A DNA stretch of 64,000 nt from the human T2T-CHM13v2.0 reference genome, Homo sapiens. The translations under genes and the position numbers were made by a program. Position 1 is the first letter of the stretch. Each line of letters opens with the position of its first letter. Shown piece after piece: positions 17,568 through 29,708 of the stretch. The stretch spans positions 30,112,001-30,176,000 of the forward strand of contig CP068257.2 in assembly GCA_009914755.4 (NCBI GenBank). The letters are read 5' to 3'. The notes beneath the pieces are model-generated. The model was given only the letters and a program-made list of their open reading frames with translations, was not told the origin of the DNA and did no database searches.

Positions 17568-18304
17568 TAATTCCTTACAAATATTATTTATAATGTCTCT
17601 ATTAGAAACATTATAAGTGGTTTCTAAGTTGCTTCTATTTAATGTTTATGGAAATTTAAAACCTTAAACTCTATTTTTAAAGAGACGATTTTTAACAGCC
17701 TTGAAAGCATCTTCAATTTTGATGACAAATTGTTAAACTTGAAATATTAATTTGTGTCTTAATTCAAAGGCAGTGGGATGCAGATCAGAATGGTGCAGCG
17801 TTCCTGCCCTCATGAGGTTTGCAATTTCAGGTGAGAGTCCGACACATTTTAAAAAATATCGCAATGTGGGAAATGCTAAGGGAGCTACTGTTCTGGGTGG
17901 ATTCTACAGGTTTTACTGGAGCAAGTATGATGGCATCATCTAGGAGGGCTTCCTGGAAGAGGTAAACTAGGTCTTAAGGGAAGCATCAGATGTCACTGGC
18001 TTGGGAAAGATATTCCAGAAGGAAGGAACAGGTTGTACAAAGTAAGGTAATTTTGTTTGGGGAAGCTCCAGCAGGTCCACATGAGGACACAGTTGAGATT
18101 GTCTAACTCTATGCTCATAACTGTAGGTGCTTGGGAAAAGCTGAACTAAGCCAGTGTTAACAGACGTTGTCTGGACAATGCAGTGGGTCTAGAAGCAGGT
18201 TAGAAGGACTAGAAGAGATTAAAAAAAACAAAACTCTGATGTAAGAAATGAATATAGCTGCAGATAAAAGTAGTTTGGCGCTATCTGTATGGTTCCCATC
18301 TAGG

Positions 18305-18614
18305 TTTATTTTATTTCATTTATTTATTTGAGATGGAGTCTTGCTCTGTCGCCCATGCTGGAGGGTAGTAGCGCGATCTCGGCTCACTGCAACCTCCACC
18401 TCCCAGGTTCAAGCAATTCTCCTGCTTCAGCCTCCTGAGTAGCTGAGATTACAGGCATGCACCACCATGCCTGGCTAATTTTTTTTTGTATTTTTAGTAG
18501 AGATGGGGTTTCACCATGTTGGCCAAGCTGGTCTAGAACTCCTGACCTCAGGTGATCCACCTGCCTCAGCCTCCCAAAGTGCTGGGATGACAGGTGTGAG
18601 CCACAGCACCCAGC
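18305..18614 (-). mobile_element. Alu SINE (antisense)
   Basis: (TTTA)n-like tail, GAGATGGAGTCTTGCTCTGTCGCCCATGCTGGAGGGTAGTAGCGCGATCTCGGCTCACTGCAACC ... GTGTGAGCCACAGCACCCAGCC. Confidence 0.95.
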
Positions 18615-18822
18615 CTCCCAACAAGGCTTCTAACAGGGCAATCAGAATTTTCTTTAATTTTCCTCTATGGTTCTATTGGGTAAGATCCTTATTGAGTGTA
18701 CAGGTCTGCAGATAGAAAGAAACAAGCCAAGGAGAACACTGCTTCCTCTGTTTCTGTGGGTTATGTCTAATTTTAGGAAACAGCGCAACAAATAATAAAA
18801 AATGGATGTTTCTAAGTAGATT

Positions 18823-18856
18823 TGTGTGTGTGTGTGTATGTGTGTGTGTGTGTGCG
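18823..18856. repeat. (TG)n microsatellite
   Basis: GTGTGTGTGTGTGTATGTGTGTGTGTGTGTGCG. Confidence 0.9.
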
Positions 18857-18943
18857 TCCTTTAATGCTTTTACCCCCATCCTGGCCTCATGCAATGTCAA
18901 AAAAAAGTAAGTGAGCAAATTGACACTTTCTTCTTTTAGTGAT

Positions 18944-19156
<213 letters not shown>

Positions 19157-19254
19157 TGATATTATTTTTATCTCCAACATGCACCTATGGCAGGTTGGCC
19201 TCTGCTCTCTCATCCCCAGAACCAAGTTATTTGCTTAAACTCTCTCTAATGCAG

Positions 19255-19460
19255 TGGCTCTGAGGAGAGTCCCTGGAGCCAAGGCGCCTGGATTTGAATC
19301 CTGGCACTACTACTTAACTATTCACTGGGATGAGTTATTCAACATGGCTACATCTCAGCTTTCTCATCTGTAAAATGGGGGTATTAATAACAGTACCAAC
19401 TTCATAAGCATCTTGTGAGGATTGAATGAATTGAACATATATAGGTGCTTATAAGAGTAC
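19255..19460 (+). mobile_element. MIR SINE
   Basis: CTGGATTTGAATCCTGGCACTACTACTTAACTATTCACTGGGATGAGTTATTCAAC..CTCATCTGTAAAATGGGGGTATTAATAACAGTACC..TGTGAGGATTGAATGAATTGAACATATATAGGTGCTTATAAGAGTACCTGTCAC matches the MIR core and 3' end. Confidence 0.8.
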
Positions 19461-19759
19461 CTGTCACGTGCTAGTACAGCTTGAGTTTGGCCAGTCTCGT
19501 CTCTCAAACAGCATCTAGGGACATATGCCCAGAGCCGCAAGAGCACTGATCTTCAGTACTCTCCCTCTTCCTTCTTTTCCCCACTCTCTTAATCACCATT
19601 CAGTGTGTACGCCCCTATCCTCACCCCAGTTAGCTCCTGGGGCTCACACTTAATTTGTTCAGAGGAGAAGTGGCCTGGGCAGTGTCAGTCCCTGGTAGTA
19701 ACGAGATGTGTTACGTGTTGATGCCTGGAAAAGAGGGAATAAGAAGAAATCCTAGGTCT

Positions 19760-20108
19760 GCAGCCATAAAAAAGGATGAGTTCATGTCCTTTGTAGGGAC
19801 ATGGATGAAGCTGGAAACCATCATTCTGAGCAAACTATCGCAAAGACAGAAAACCAAACACCGCATGTTCTCACTCATAGGTGGGAATTGAACAATGAGA
19901 ACACATGGACACAGGAAGGGGAGCATCACACACCGGGGCCTGTTGTGGGGTTGGGGGAGTGGGGAGGGACAGCATTAGGAGAAGTACCTAATGTAAATGA
20001 TGAGTTGATGGGTGCAGCACACCAACATGGCACATATATACATATGTAACAAACCTGCACATTGTGCACATGTACCCTAGGACTTAAAGTATTAAAAAAA
20101 AAAAAAAA
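19760..20108 (+). mobile_element. L1 (LINE-1) 3'-terminal fragment, 5'-truncated, with poly-A and 15-bp TSD
   Basis: GCAGCCATAAAAAAGGATGAGTTCATGTCCTTTGTAGGGACATGGATGAAGCTGGAAACCATCATTCTGAGCAAACTATCGCAAAGACAGAAAACCAAACACCGCATGTTCTCACTCATAGGTGGGAATTGAACAATGAGAACACATGGACACAGGAAGGGGAGCATCACACACCGGGGCCTGTTGTGGGG...CCTAGGACTTAAAGTATTAAAAAAAAA is the L1PA 3' end. AGAAATCCTAGGTCT is present at 19745-19759 and 20109-20123. Confidence 0.95.
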
Positions 20109-20593
20109 AGAAATCCTAGGTCTATTTCTCCATCACTGCTTACCAGCTTTAGGAAAATCTAAAAAGCCTACAGCCCTCAGTTTCCTCATCCTTAAAGTTG
20201 GGATGATAATAATTATCCTCATCCCCCTTGGTCCTCGTGAAGGTCACAGGAGAATACTGCTTATGGAAATCTTTTGTAAACTGTAAAGTGCAAATAGATA
20301 TATAGGACTGTTTTCATTCACCCAAACACTTGTCAATGAATAGCATTAGCTTTTCTTGGTCTTAATATATTATTGAGTACCCGCCATAGAATGTCAAATA
20401 GAAATCTTGTCTTAGTCCTGACTTTTATGGGAGGGATTTGTAATATCTGACTTGTAAAATCATGCTTGCTTAGATTGCTAACATGCTTGATTAGGTTTAA
20501 GACATTTCTTTTCCTGGGTTGCTATCATGAATGGATGTTGTATTTTAGCAAATGCCTCTAAAAGATCTGTTAATACCACCAATGGTTTTTCTA

Positions 20594-20892
20594 CATATAT
20601 ATATATATTTGAGACGGAGTCTTGCTCTGTCACCCAGGTTGGAGTGCAGCAGCACGATCTCAGCTCACTGAAATCGCCATCTCCCAAGTTCAAGCGATTC
20701 TCCTGCCTTAGCCTCCCCAGTAGCTGAGAGTATAGGTGTGCACCACCAGGCCTGGCTAATTTTTGTATTATTAGCAGAGGCAGGGTTTCACCATGTTGGC
20801 CAGGCTGGTCTTGAACTCATGACCTCAAGTGATCCACCCGCTTTGGCCTTCCAAAGTGCTGGGATTATAGGTGTGAGCCGCCATGCCCAGCC
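20594..20892 (-). mobile_element. Alu SINE (antisense) with (TA)n-modified tail
   Basis: ACATATATATATATATTTGAGACGGAGTCTTGCTCTGTCACCCAGGTTGGAGTGCAGCAGCACGATCTCAGCTCACTGAAATC ... GTGAGCCGCCATGCCCAGCC. Confidence 0.93.
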
Positions 20893-20999
20893 TCTACCTT
20901 GAAATTTTTAATAGACTGTTAATATGGAAACATCTTAACATTCCCAGAATGATCCTTTGTACCTTTAATACACAGCTGGATATGAAATTTTGTATCTTT

Positions 21000-21110
21000 G
21001 TTTTTACTGATATGTAAATATATATATTTGTATACACACATATGTACACCATATATATTGTGTGTATGTATGTGTGTGTGTGTGTGCTGATTGATAGATA
21101 CAGATAGATA
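21000..21110. repeat. compound simple repeat (TA)n/(TG)n/(GATA)n
   Basis: TATATATATTTGTATACACACATATGTACACCATATATATTGTGTGTATGTATGTGTGTGTGTGTGTGCTGATTGATAGATACAGATAGATATAAGG. Confidence 0.85.
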
Positions 21111-21117
21111 TAAGGTT

Positions 21118-23299
21118 GATATGGTTTGGTTGTGTCCCCACCCAAATCTTATCTTGAACTGTAGTTCCCATAATCCCCATGTGTGGTGGGAGGGACCTGG
21201 TGGGGCAGTTTCGTCCATGCTGTTCTCATGATATTGAGTGAGTTCTCATGAGATTTGACAGTTTTATAAGGAGCTTTTCCCCTCTTCATTCTGGACTTCT
21301 TGCTGCTACCATGTGAAGAAGGACATGTTTGTGTCCCCTTCTGCCATAATTGTAAGTTTCCTGAGGCCTTCCCAGCCCTGTGGAACTGTGAGTCAATTAA
21401 ACTTGTTTTCTTTATAAATTACCCAGGCTTGGATATGTCCTTATAGCAGCATGAGAATGGACTAATACAATAAGTTGGTACCAGGTAGTGGGTGCTGCTG
21501 TAAAGATACCTGAAAACGTGGAAGCAACTTTGGAAGTGGGTAACAGGCAGAGGTTGGAACAGTTTGGAGGGCTCAGAAGAAGATAGGAAAATGTGGGAAA
21601 GTTTGGAACTTCTTAGAGACTTGTTGAATGGCTTTGACCAAAAAGCTGATAGTGATATGGACAATAAAGCCCAGGCTGAGGTGGTCTCAAATGGATATGA
21701 AGAACTTGTTGGGAACTGGAATAAAGGTCACTCTTCCTATGCAAAGAGACTGGTGGCATTTTGCTTCTGCCTTAGAGATTTGTGGAACTTTGAACTTGAG
21801 AGAGATGATTTAGGGTATCTGGTAGAAGAAATTTCTAAGGGGCAAAGTGTTCAAGAGAAAGCAGAGCATAAAAGTTTGAAAAATTTGCAACCTGACAATG
21901 CAATAGAAAAGAAAATCCCATTTTCTGGGGAGAGATTCAAGCCAGCTGCAGAAATTTGCATAAGTAAGGAGGAGCTGAATGTTAATCACCAAGACAACGG
22001 GGAACATGTCTCCGGGGCATGTCAGAGACCTTCATGGCATCCCGGAGACCTGAGAGGAAAAAATGGTTTTGTGGGCCAGGTCCAGGGCCCCCGTGCTGTG
22101 TGCAGCCAAGTGACTTGGTGCCCTGTGTCCTAACCACTCCAGCCGTGGCTAAAAGGGGCCAAGGTACAGCTCGGGACATGGCTTCAGGGGGTGCAAGCCC
22201 TGGTCCTTGGCAGCTTCCATGTGGTATTGAGCCTGGGGGTGCACATAAGTCAATAATTGAGGTTTGGGAACCTCCACCTAGATTTCAGAGGATGTATGGA
22301 AATGCCTGGATGTCCAGGCAGAAGTTTGCTGCAGAGCCAGGGCCCTCATGGAGAACCTCTGCTTGGGGAGTGCAGAAGGGAAATGTGGGGTTGGAGCCTC
22401 ACACCGAGTCCCCGCTGGGGCACTGCCTAGTGTAGCTGTGAGAAGAGGGCCACCAACCTCCAGGCACCAGAATGGTATATCCACCAACAGCTTGCATGGT
22501 GCACCTGGAAAAGGCGCAGGCACTCAACGCCAGCTGTGAAAGCAGACTGGAGGGGGATTTTACCCTGAAAAGCCACAAGAGCAGACTGCCCAAGGGTGTA
22601 GGAACCCACCTCTTGCATCAGCATGACCTGGATGTGAGACATGGAGTCAAAGGATATCATTTTGGAACTTTAAGGTTTAATGACTGTCCTATTGGACTTT
22701 GGACTTGCATGGGGCCTGTACCTCCTTTGTTTTGGCCAATTTCTCCCATTTGGAATGGGTGTATTTACCCAATGCCTGTAGCCCCATTGTATCTAGGAAG
22801 TAACTAACTTGTTTTTGATTTTACAGGCTCTTAGGCCTTGTCTCAGATGAGACTTTGGACTTGGACTTTTGAGTTAATGCTGGAATGACTTAAGACTTTA
22901 GGGGACTGTTGGAAGGGAATGATTGTGTTTTTGAAATGTGAGGACATGAGATTTGGGAGGGGCCAGAGGTGGAATTATATGATTTTGCTGTGTGTCCCCA
23001 CTCATATCTCATCTTAAACTGTAGTTCCCATAATTCTCACATGTGGTGAGAGGGACTCGGTGGGAAAATTGCATCATGGGGGCGGTTACCTCCATGCTCT
23101 TCTCATGACAGTGAGTTCTCACGAGATCTGATGGTTGTATAAGGGGCTTTCCCCACTCCTTTTCTCAGCACTTCTTCTTCCTGCCACCATATGAAGAAGG
23201 ATGTGTTTGCTTCCCCTTCCATTTTGATTGTAAGTTTCCTGAGGCCTCCCCAGCCCTGCAGGTATGTCCTTATAGCAGGATGAGAATGGACTAATACAA
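21118..23299 (+). mobile_element. full-length MST/THE1-like MaLR retroelement (5' LTR 21118-21470, internal 21471-22974, 3' LTR 22975-23299)
   Basis: Both ends carry TGATATGGTTTGGTTGTGTCCCCACCCAAATCTTATCTTGAACTGTAGTTCCCATAATCCCCATGTGTGGTGGGAGGGACCTGGTGGG...TGAGAATGGACTAATACAA. The 3' LTR has an internal deletion of about 50 bp. The internal segment is non-LTR MaLR-type sequence. Flanking pentamers AAGGT / AAGAT are a candidate 5-bp TSD. Confidence 0.85.
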
Positions 23300-23310
23300 A
23301 GATATCAGTG

Positions 23311-23618
23311 TTTCTTTCTTTTCAGAGACAGAATCTCACTCTTATCAGCAAGGCTGGAGTGCAGTGGCATGATGGCATAATCATAGCTCACTGCAACCTT
23401 GAATTCCTAAGCTCAAATGATCCTCCCACCTCAGCCTCCTGAGTAGCTAGGACTACAGGCATGCAACACACATTCCTGGCTATTTGTTTTTTAATTTTTG
23501 TAGAGATAGGGCCTCGCTTTGTTGCCCAGGCTGGTCTCAAACTCCTAGCCTCAAATGATCCTCCTGCTTCGGCCTCCTAAAGCGCTGGGATTACAGATGT
23601 GAGCCACCATGCCTGGCC
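23311..23618 (-). mobile_element. Alu SINE (antisense, AluJ-like, diverged)
   Basis: TTTCTTTCTTTTCAGAGACAGAATCTCACTCTTATCAGCAAGGCTGGAGTGCAGTGGCATGATGGCATAATCATAGCTCACTGCAACC ... CTGGGATTACAGATGTGAGCCACCATGCCTGGCC. Confidence 0.9.
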
Positions 23619-24024
23619 AGGTATCAATGGTATACTGAACCTCTAAAATGAGAAAATGTGTTAGGTAAGCTTCCCATGTTTTCCTAGGATCAGAGGCAGT
23701 TTATATAGAATTATCTCTTCCTTAAAGCTTTGTCAGAATCTACCTGAAAAGCCCTCTGGACTCAGTGTCTGTTTTAGGGATAGATCTTTGAGTATCTCTT
23801 TAAGTTCCTTGATAGTAATGATTCTATTTAACATTCCTAATTTTCCTTGAATGAATCTTTGTAATTAATATTTTTCTAGGATATTAGTCTCTTCATCCAG
23901 TACTTTTCAAAATGCTTGCCATGAAGATAAACATTCTTAGTTTTTGACTTGTGATTTTTTCTTGAAAGATAAGCCAAAGTTTTGCCTTTCTATTACTTCT
24001 CTCAAAAAACAAGTTAATTTTTAT

Positions 24025-24705
24025 TTTTTAACTTTTATTTTAAGTTCAGGGGTACATATGCAGGTTTGTTATATAGGTAAACTTGTGTCATGGGGGTTTG
24101 TTGTACAGATTATTTCATCACCCAGGTATTAAGCCTAGTACCTATTAGTTATTTTTCCTGATCCTCATCTCCAGCCCCTGATAGGACCCCGTGTGTATTG
24201 TTCCCCTCTATGTGTCCATGTGTTCTCATCATTTAGCTCTCACTTAAAAACGAAAACATGCGATTTTGGTTTTCTGTTTCTGTGTTAGTTTGCTAAGGAT
24301 ATTGGCCTCTAGCTCCATCCATGTTCCTGCAAAAAATATGATCTCATTCTTTTTTTATGGCTGCATAGTATTCCATGTGTATATGTACCACATTTTCTTT
24401 TTCCAGTGTATCATTGATGGGCATTTAGGTTGATACCGTGCCTTTGCTATTGTGAATAGTGCTGCAATGAACATACACATGCATGTGTCTTTATAATAGA
24501 ACAATTTATATTCCTTTGGGCATATACCCAGTAATGGGATTGCTGGGTCAATTGGTATTTCTGCTTTTAGGTCTTTGAGAAATCGCCACACTGTCTTCCA
24601 CAATGGTTGAACTAATTTACACTCCCACCAACAGTGTATAAGTGTTTCCTTTTCTCTGCAACCTTGCCAGCATCTGAAAAACCAGTCACCACATGCTATC
24701 ACCTC
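24025..24705 (-). mobile_element. L1 (LINE-1) 3'-terminal fragment, antisense (ORF2 C-terminus plus 3' UTR)
   Basis: Reverse complement of the L1 3' UTR (TTTTAAGTTCAGGGGTACATATGCAGGTTTGTTATATAGGTAAACTTGTGTCATGGGGGTTTGTTGTACAGATTATTTCATCACCCAGG...). The minus-strand 115-aa ORF (24355-24702) reads ...CWWECKLVQPLWKTVWRFLKDLKAEIPIDPAIPLLGICPKEYK...YIYTWNTMQP, the conserved ORF2p C-terminus. Confidence 0.9.
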
Positions 24706-25561
24706 TTTATTTTCTATTTTTATTAATTTCTACTCTTATCTTTCTTAATTCATTCCTTCAACTTTCTTCAGGTTTATTTTGTCTCTCTCCATCCCCTGCC
24801 AAGCTTCTTGAGTTGAAATCTTGGTTGATTCATTTATTTTCAACATTTCTTATTTTCTGTCACATGCACATAAGGCTATGTATTTTCCCTGTGAGTGCTG
24901 TCTTAGCGTGTCCCATGGGCCTTGATATCCATGGACAGCTCTTACTGTGATTCAGTTCTAAATGGCTTGTAATTTCTGTGCTTATTTCCTGTCAAACCTA
25001 AGACTTATTTAGTGGAATGTTTTAAAATATCCAAGAGGATAGATTTTTGTTTGTTATCCATCTTTTATTATTTTCTAATTTTATTCCATTATAGTTCATG
25101 AATGTATGCTGTCACAGTTTTACTATTGGGGATTTGTTGTGATTTTCTTTGTGGTTTAATACATTCAGAGAATGTCTCATGAGAGTTGGAAAAAAATGTG
25201 TAATGTCTGTTGGATAAAAACTTGTTTCTCTCCATATGCCTATGAAGTTATAAATGTTAGTTTTGTCAGCCAGGACTTCTTAAGACATATTCATTTGGGT
25301 AGTAGTTGATCAGCCTGTTTTTGAGAAATGTATTTAAAGCCACCCATGATGGGGACTTACCAGTGATTCCTTGCATTTCTATCAGGGCTTGTCTTACTTA
25401 CAGATTTTGAGGCCAAGGTTGTAGGTACATAAATGTTTATGATTCATATTTTTGTGGATTATAATGTTATAATTATGATATATTCTTTTAATGCTTTTCA
25501 TTTTGAATTTTATTTTGTGTGAGATGACTACTATTAATATATACCTGGCATGCCTTTTTCT

Positions 25562-26360
<799 letters not shown>

Positions 26361-27002
26361 GCGCCCGGCCTAGCATGCCTTTTTCGATGTCTTTTCCATC
26401 TTTCCTGTGTTCTTTTCATTAGGTGTTAGGATTGCTGATATGTTTGGCCTTCTTTCTGGCTGTGGCAGAAAAGTCACAATGGTCTTTCCCAAGTATATGC
26501 CATTTGGCTACCAAAAATGCATCCTCCCTTTCCTAGCATGGAAAGTGACAGCCCAGTCAAGGGCTATTTTCTCAACCCTCTTCATGCCCAGTTATGGTCA
26601 TGTGATTAGTTCTCAGCAATGAAATGTGGGCAGCAGTGATGGGAATCACTAAGGACTTAATGTTTTTCTCTGCTTTGATTGAATGCGCACTTAATTGGTG
26701 ATGATTTGCAGAGAAGTGGAGAAAGCAGGGAACTAAGGAGTTTCTATTTGTTTACTGATTCTAAGCCCTGAAAATGCCAGGTGATCGGGGGTGATCAGAC
26801 GTGTCTGAATCACGTTGGTGGTGCCAGTGACTTGCTTGATGTTTGCCTTCCCCATCACTTCAGCTCCCTGAGGCCTGGGACTGTGCCTACCAAGTGCTAC
26901 ATGGTCTCCCTAAAGCTTGGGTTATAGTACACTCTTTATTAACATTTATTGTGTGAATAAATGAAATGCTTTACATTTACTGGTGACCTCATCAACTAAT
27001 TC

Positions 27003-27301
27003 TTTTTTTTTTTTTTTTTTTGAGACGGAGTCTCGCTCTGTCACCTAGGCTGGAGTATAGTGGCGCACGTCGGCTCACTGCAAGCTCCGCCTCCCAGGTT
27101 CACGCCATTCTCCTGCCTCAGCCTCCGAAGTAGCTGGGACTACAGGCGCCCGCCACCACGCCCAGCTAATTTTTTGTATTTTTAGTAGAGACGGGGTTTC
27201 ACCATGTTAGCCAGGATGGTCTCGATCTCCTGACCTCATGATCTGCCTGCCTCGGCCTCACAAAGTGCTGGGATTACAGGCGTGAACCACCGCGCCTGGC
27301 C
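27003..27301 (-). mobile_element. AluY-like SINE (antisense) with clean TSD of about 17 bp
   Basis: 20-nt poly-T, GAGACGGAGTCTCGCTCTGTCACCTAGGCTGGAGTATAGTGGCGCACGTCGGCTCACTGCAAGCTCCGCCTCCCAGGTTCACGCCATTCTCCTGCC ... GCGTGAACCACCGCGCCTGGCC. CAAGCTCCGCCTCCC and CACGCCATTCTC are Y-subfamily-type positions. Flanks CTCATCAACTAATTCTTTT / TTCATCAACTAATTCTTTT. Confidence 0.95.
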
Positions 27302-27519
27302 TTCATCAACTAATTCTTTTGGTAAATGAATTTCTGCTTAAACCAGGCCAAGACCTTTCTTTATAAGAAGCCAGGCCAGTGAATCAGGGAGTGAGATCAG
27401 AGGAAAGGAAGTCTCCCTTTTGTGTCTTTAAGTCATGTATTGTGCCGTGACTAGCTGGAAAAGCTGCAAAATAGTATAATAGAAGCTGTATATATCAGCA
27501 ATAGCAAGGATTACTTGTC

Positions 27520-27760
27520 TGAGAACCTGGTTTGTGCCAGGCACTGACCTTGATGCTTTTCATACATTGCTTCATTGAATACTCATAAAAGCTACCACAC
27601 AGGTGTGATTCTCCCTATTTTACAGATGCATCAGCTGAGGCTCTGTGCGGTAAATAAGTTGTTCAATGACAGAGACCAAGTAAGTGGCCAAGTCAGGACT
27701 CATATCCATCTTCCTGACTTCGAGCTTGAATTCCCTTCTACCATACCTTATAAAAAGAAT
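27520..27760 (-). mobile_element. MIR SINE (antisense)
   Basis: TTTTACAGATGCATCAGCTGAGGCTCTGTGCGGTAAATAAGTTGTTCAATGACAGAGACCAAGTAAGTGGCCAAGTCAGGACTCATATCCATCTTCCTGACTTCGAGCTTGAATTCC is the reverse complement of the MIR core (TTTTACAGATGAGGAAACTGAGGCACAGAGAGGTTAAGTAACTTGCCCAAGGTCACACAGCTAGTAAGTGGCAGAGCCGGGATTCGAACCCAGG). Confidence 0.8.
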
Positions 27761-28024
27761 TCAGCAGCCTGAGGTTCAAGGTTCAGCTGCATGATATTGA
27801 GAATTCATTTAGTTTCTCTGAGCCGCCATCTCCTTATTTGTGGAATGGAGATAATGATGACACTGATTGATGCTCAGCTCCTCACAGAGTTATTGTAAAG
27901 ACAAGTGAGAGAATGACTATGTGTTTTGCAAGCGATTAAATTCACAAACACAAGTCACTTTACTTACAGTATACTGGAGACACTTACATTAGGCTTTTAA
28001 ACATTTATATATATATGTATATAT

Positions 28025-28321
28025 ATTTTTTGATACAGGGTCTCACTTTGTCACCCAGGCTGGACTGCAGTGGTGCAATCTTGGCTCACTGCAGCCTAGA
28101 CCTCCAGGACTCAAGAGGTCAGATCCTCCCAACTCAGCCTCCTGAGTATCTGGGACTACAGGTGTGTGCCACCATGCCTGACTAATTTTTTTTGTATTTT
28201 TTTGTAGAGATGGGGTCTCGCCATGTTACTCAGGCTAGTCTTGAACTCCTAAGCTCAAGTGATCCATCCACCACGGCCTCGCAAAGTGCTAGGATTATAC
28301 GTGTGAGCCACCGCTCCTGGC
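28025..28321 (-). mobile_element. Alu SINE (antisense, AluJ/S-like) preceded by (TA)n
   Basis: ATATATATATGTATATATATTTTTTGATACAGGGTCTCACTTTGTCACCCAGGCTGGACTGCAGTGGTGCAATCTTGGCTCACTGCAGCC ... GTGTGAGCCACCGCTCCTGGCC. Confidence 0.92.
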
Positions 28322-28324
28322 CAG

Positions 28325-28649
28325 ACTTTTTTTTTTATTTAAAAAACTTTATTTTTAAACTTTAATTTTTGATACAGGGTCTCACTCTGTCACCCATGCT
28401 GGGTTGCAGTGGTGTGATCATGGCTTACTGCAACCTTGACTTTTTGGGCTCAAGGGGTCCTCCTGCCTTAGCCTCCCAAGTAGCTTGGGCTACAGGCATG
28501 TGCCACCACGCCTAGCTAATTAAAAAAAATTTTTTTTGTAGAGACGGTGTCTTGCCATGTTGCCTAGGCTGGTCTCGAACTTCTGGGCTCAAGCTCCCAC
28601 CTTGGACTCCCAGTGTTGGAATTACAGGTGTGAGTCAATGCGTTGGGCC
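28325..28649 (-). mobile_element. Alu SINE (antisense, AluJ-like)
   Basis: TTTAATTTTTGATACAGGGTCTCACTCTGTCACCCATGCTGGGTTGCAGTGGTGTGATCATGGCTTACTGCAACC ... GGAATTACAGGTGTGAGTCAATGCGTTGGGCC. Confidence 0.9.
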
Positions 28650-29708
28650 GCATTAAACTTTAAAGTTTCTGAATTTGAGGACACGACTTTATGACAGGCA
28701 ACCTCTCAGTTTTTCAGAATAGAAATAATCCTTTCAGTCACATGAGAGAACAGTGTCTTCTATTTTAAGTAGTCAACTTTCTCTTTAGTGTTGTTTGTAT
28801 GTGGGCAAACCCTACCCAAGTTTCTGTTCCTGAAATCAATTTCTTAATTTGCATTAGGCAAAAGTGTTGCATAAGCTTATTTTATTATCATCCAGCTTTT
28901 TATAGATCTTTGCTGAGAGACAATACGGGCTTGTTGAAAGAGGCCCTGTTTGACTGTCCCAAGCCCTGGGATGGAGTCCTAGCCCTGGCACTTAGCAGCT
29001 GTGGGATCGTGGGTGAACTACTTCACCTCCCTGCTTCTCAGGCCTCTACATCTGCAAAGTGAGAACAAGGGGAGCTCTTTCCCTAAGGGCCCTTTCACTG
29101 TACTACTTAAAAATGATTGCAAAGAGTCTTGCGTTAAGCAAAACTGAACACCTGCTGTAAATGTCTGCACCTCAGCAACATGACCCACAGTAGAATCTAT
29201 ATTTAGTTGCATTTGGATAATCTTCCTTTCCCCTTTTGCTTTAGCACTTTCTACCTTCAATTATTTCTTTATTACAGCAATGCCCCCTTTTTGCTCTACT
29301 GATGTGGGTGAGATGCAAATGGGCCTTTTGAGACTCTTGCTGTGTCCCCTGGGCCCCAGATGGACAGATGGGAGACAGAACGATTGTGGAGTACATCTTG
29401 GAGCTGACAGGTTTTGGGGGCAGGAAGTGTTAGTCAACACATGAGAAAAATGGGGTAAACAGCTGGAAAAGGCTGAGCATTAGCTGACAGGCTCTTTAGC
29501 CAACTGTCCTAGGACTGGATCAGGGCCTTGTGCATGGTGGGAGAGGCACCTAGGACCTGTGGAAAGGACAGGAAGCCAGACCCAAGAAGCCTCAGGCTGC
29601 AACCTGGCCCTCAGTTATTATCACAAAACTTACAAAGGTGTGAGCCTCGTGAATCAGCTGCAATAGATTGTTGCCTTGAGGACAAGACAGTCTAAACAAC
29701 TAAAAATT

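Noticed and set aside
21564-22435. 189-aa and 138-aa + strand ORFs
   Set aside because: They lie inside the internal region of the MST/THE1-like MaLR element. MaLR internal sequences are generally regarded as non-coding, and the ORFs have no recognisable gag/pol motifs. I treat them as chance ORFs in a decayed retroelement.
24355-24702. 115-aa minus-strand ORF with a coherent, protein-like sequence
   Set aside because: It is a genuine remnant of the L1 ORF2p C-terminus within a 5'-truncated, about 680-bp L1 fragment. There is no reverse-transcriptase or endonuclease domain and no capacity to encode a functional protein.
24706-25490. Possible continuation of the antisense L1 beyond the ORF2 C-terminal fragment
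   Set aside because: The sequence is AT-rich and repeat-like, but I could not match it to the L1 ORF2 consensus from memory. It is left unannotated rather than guessed.
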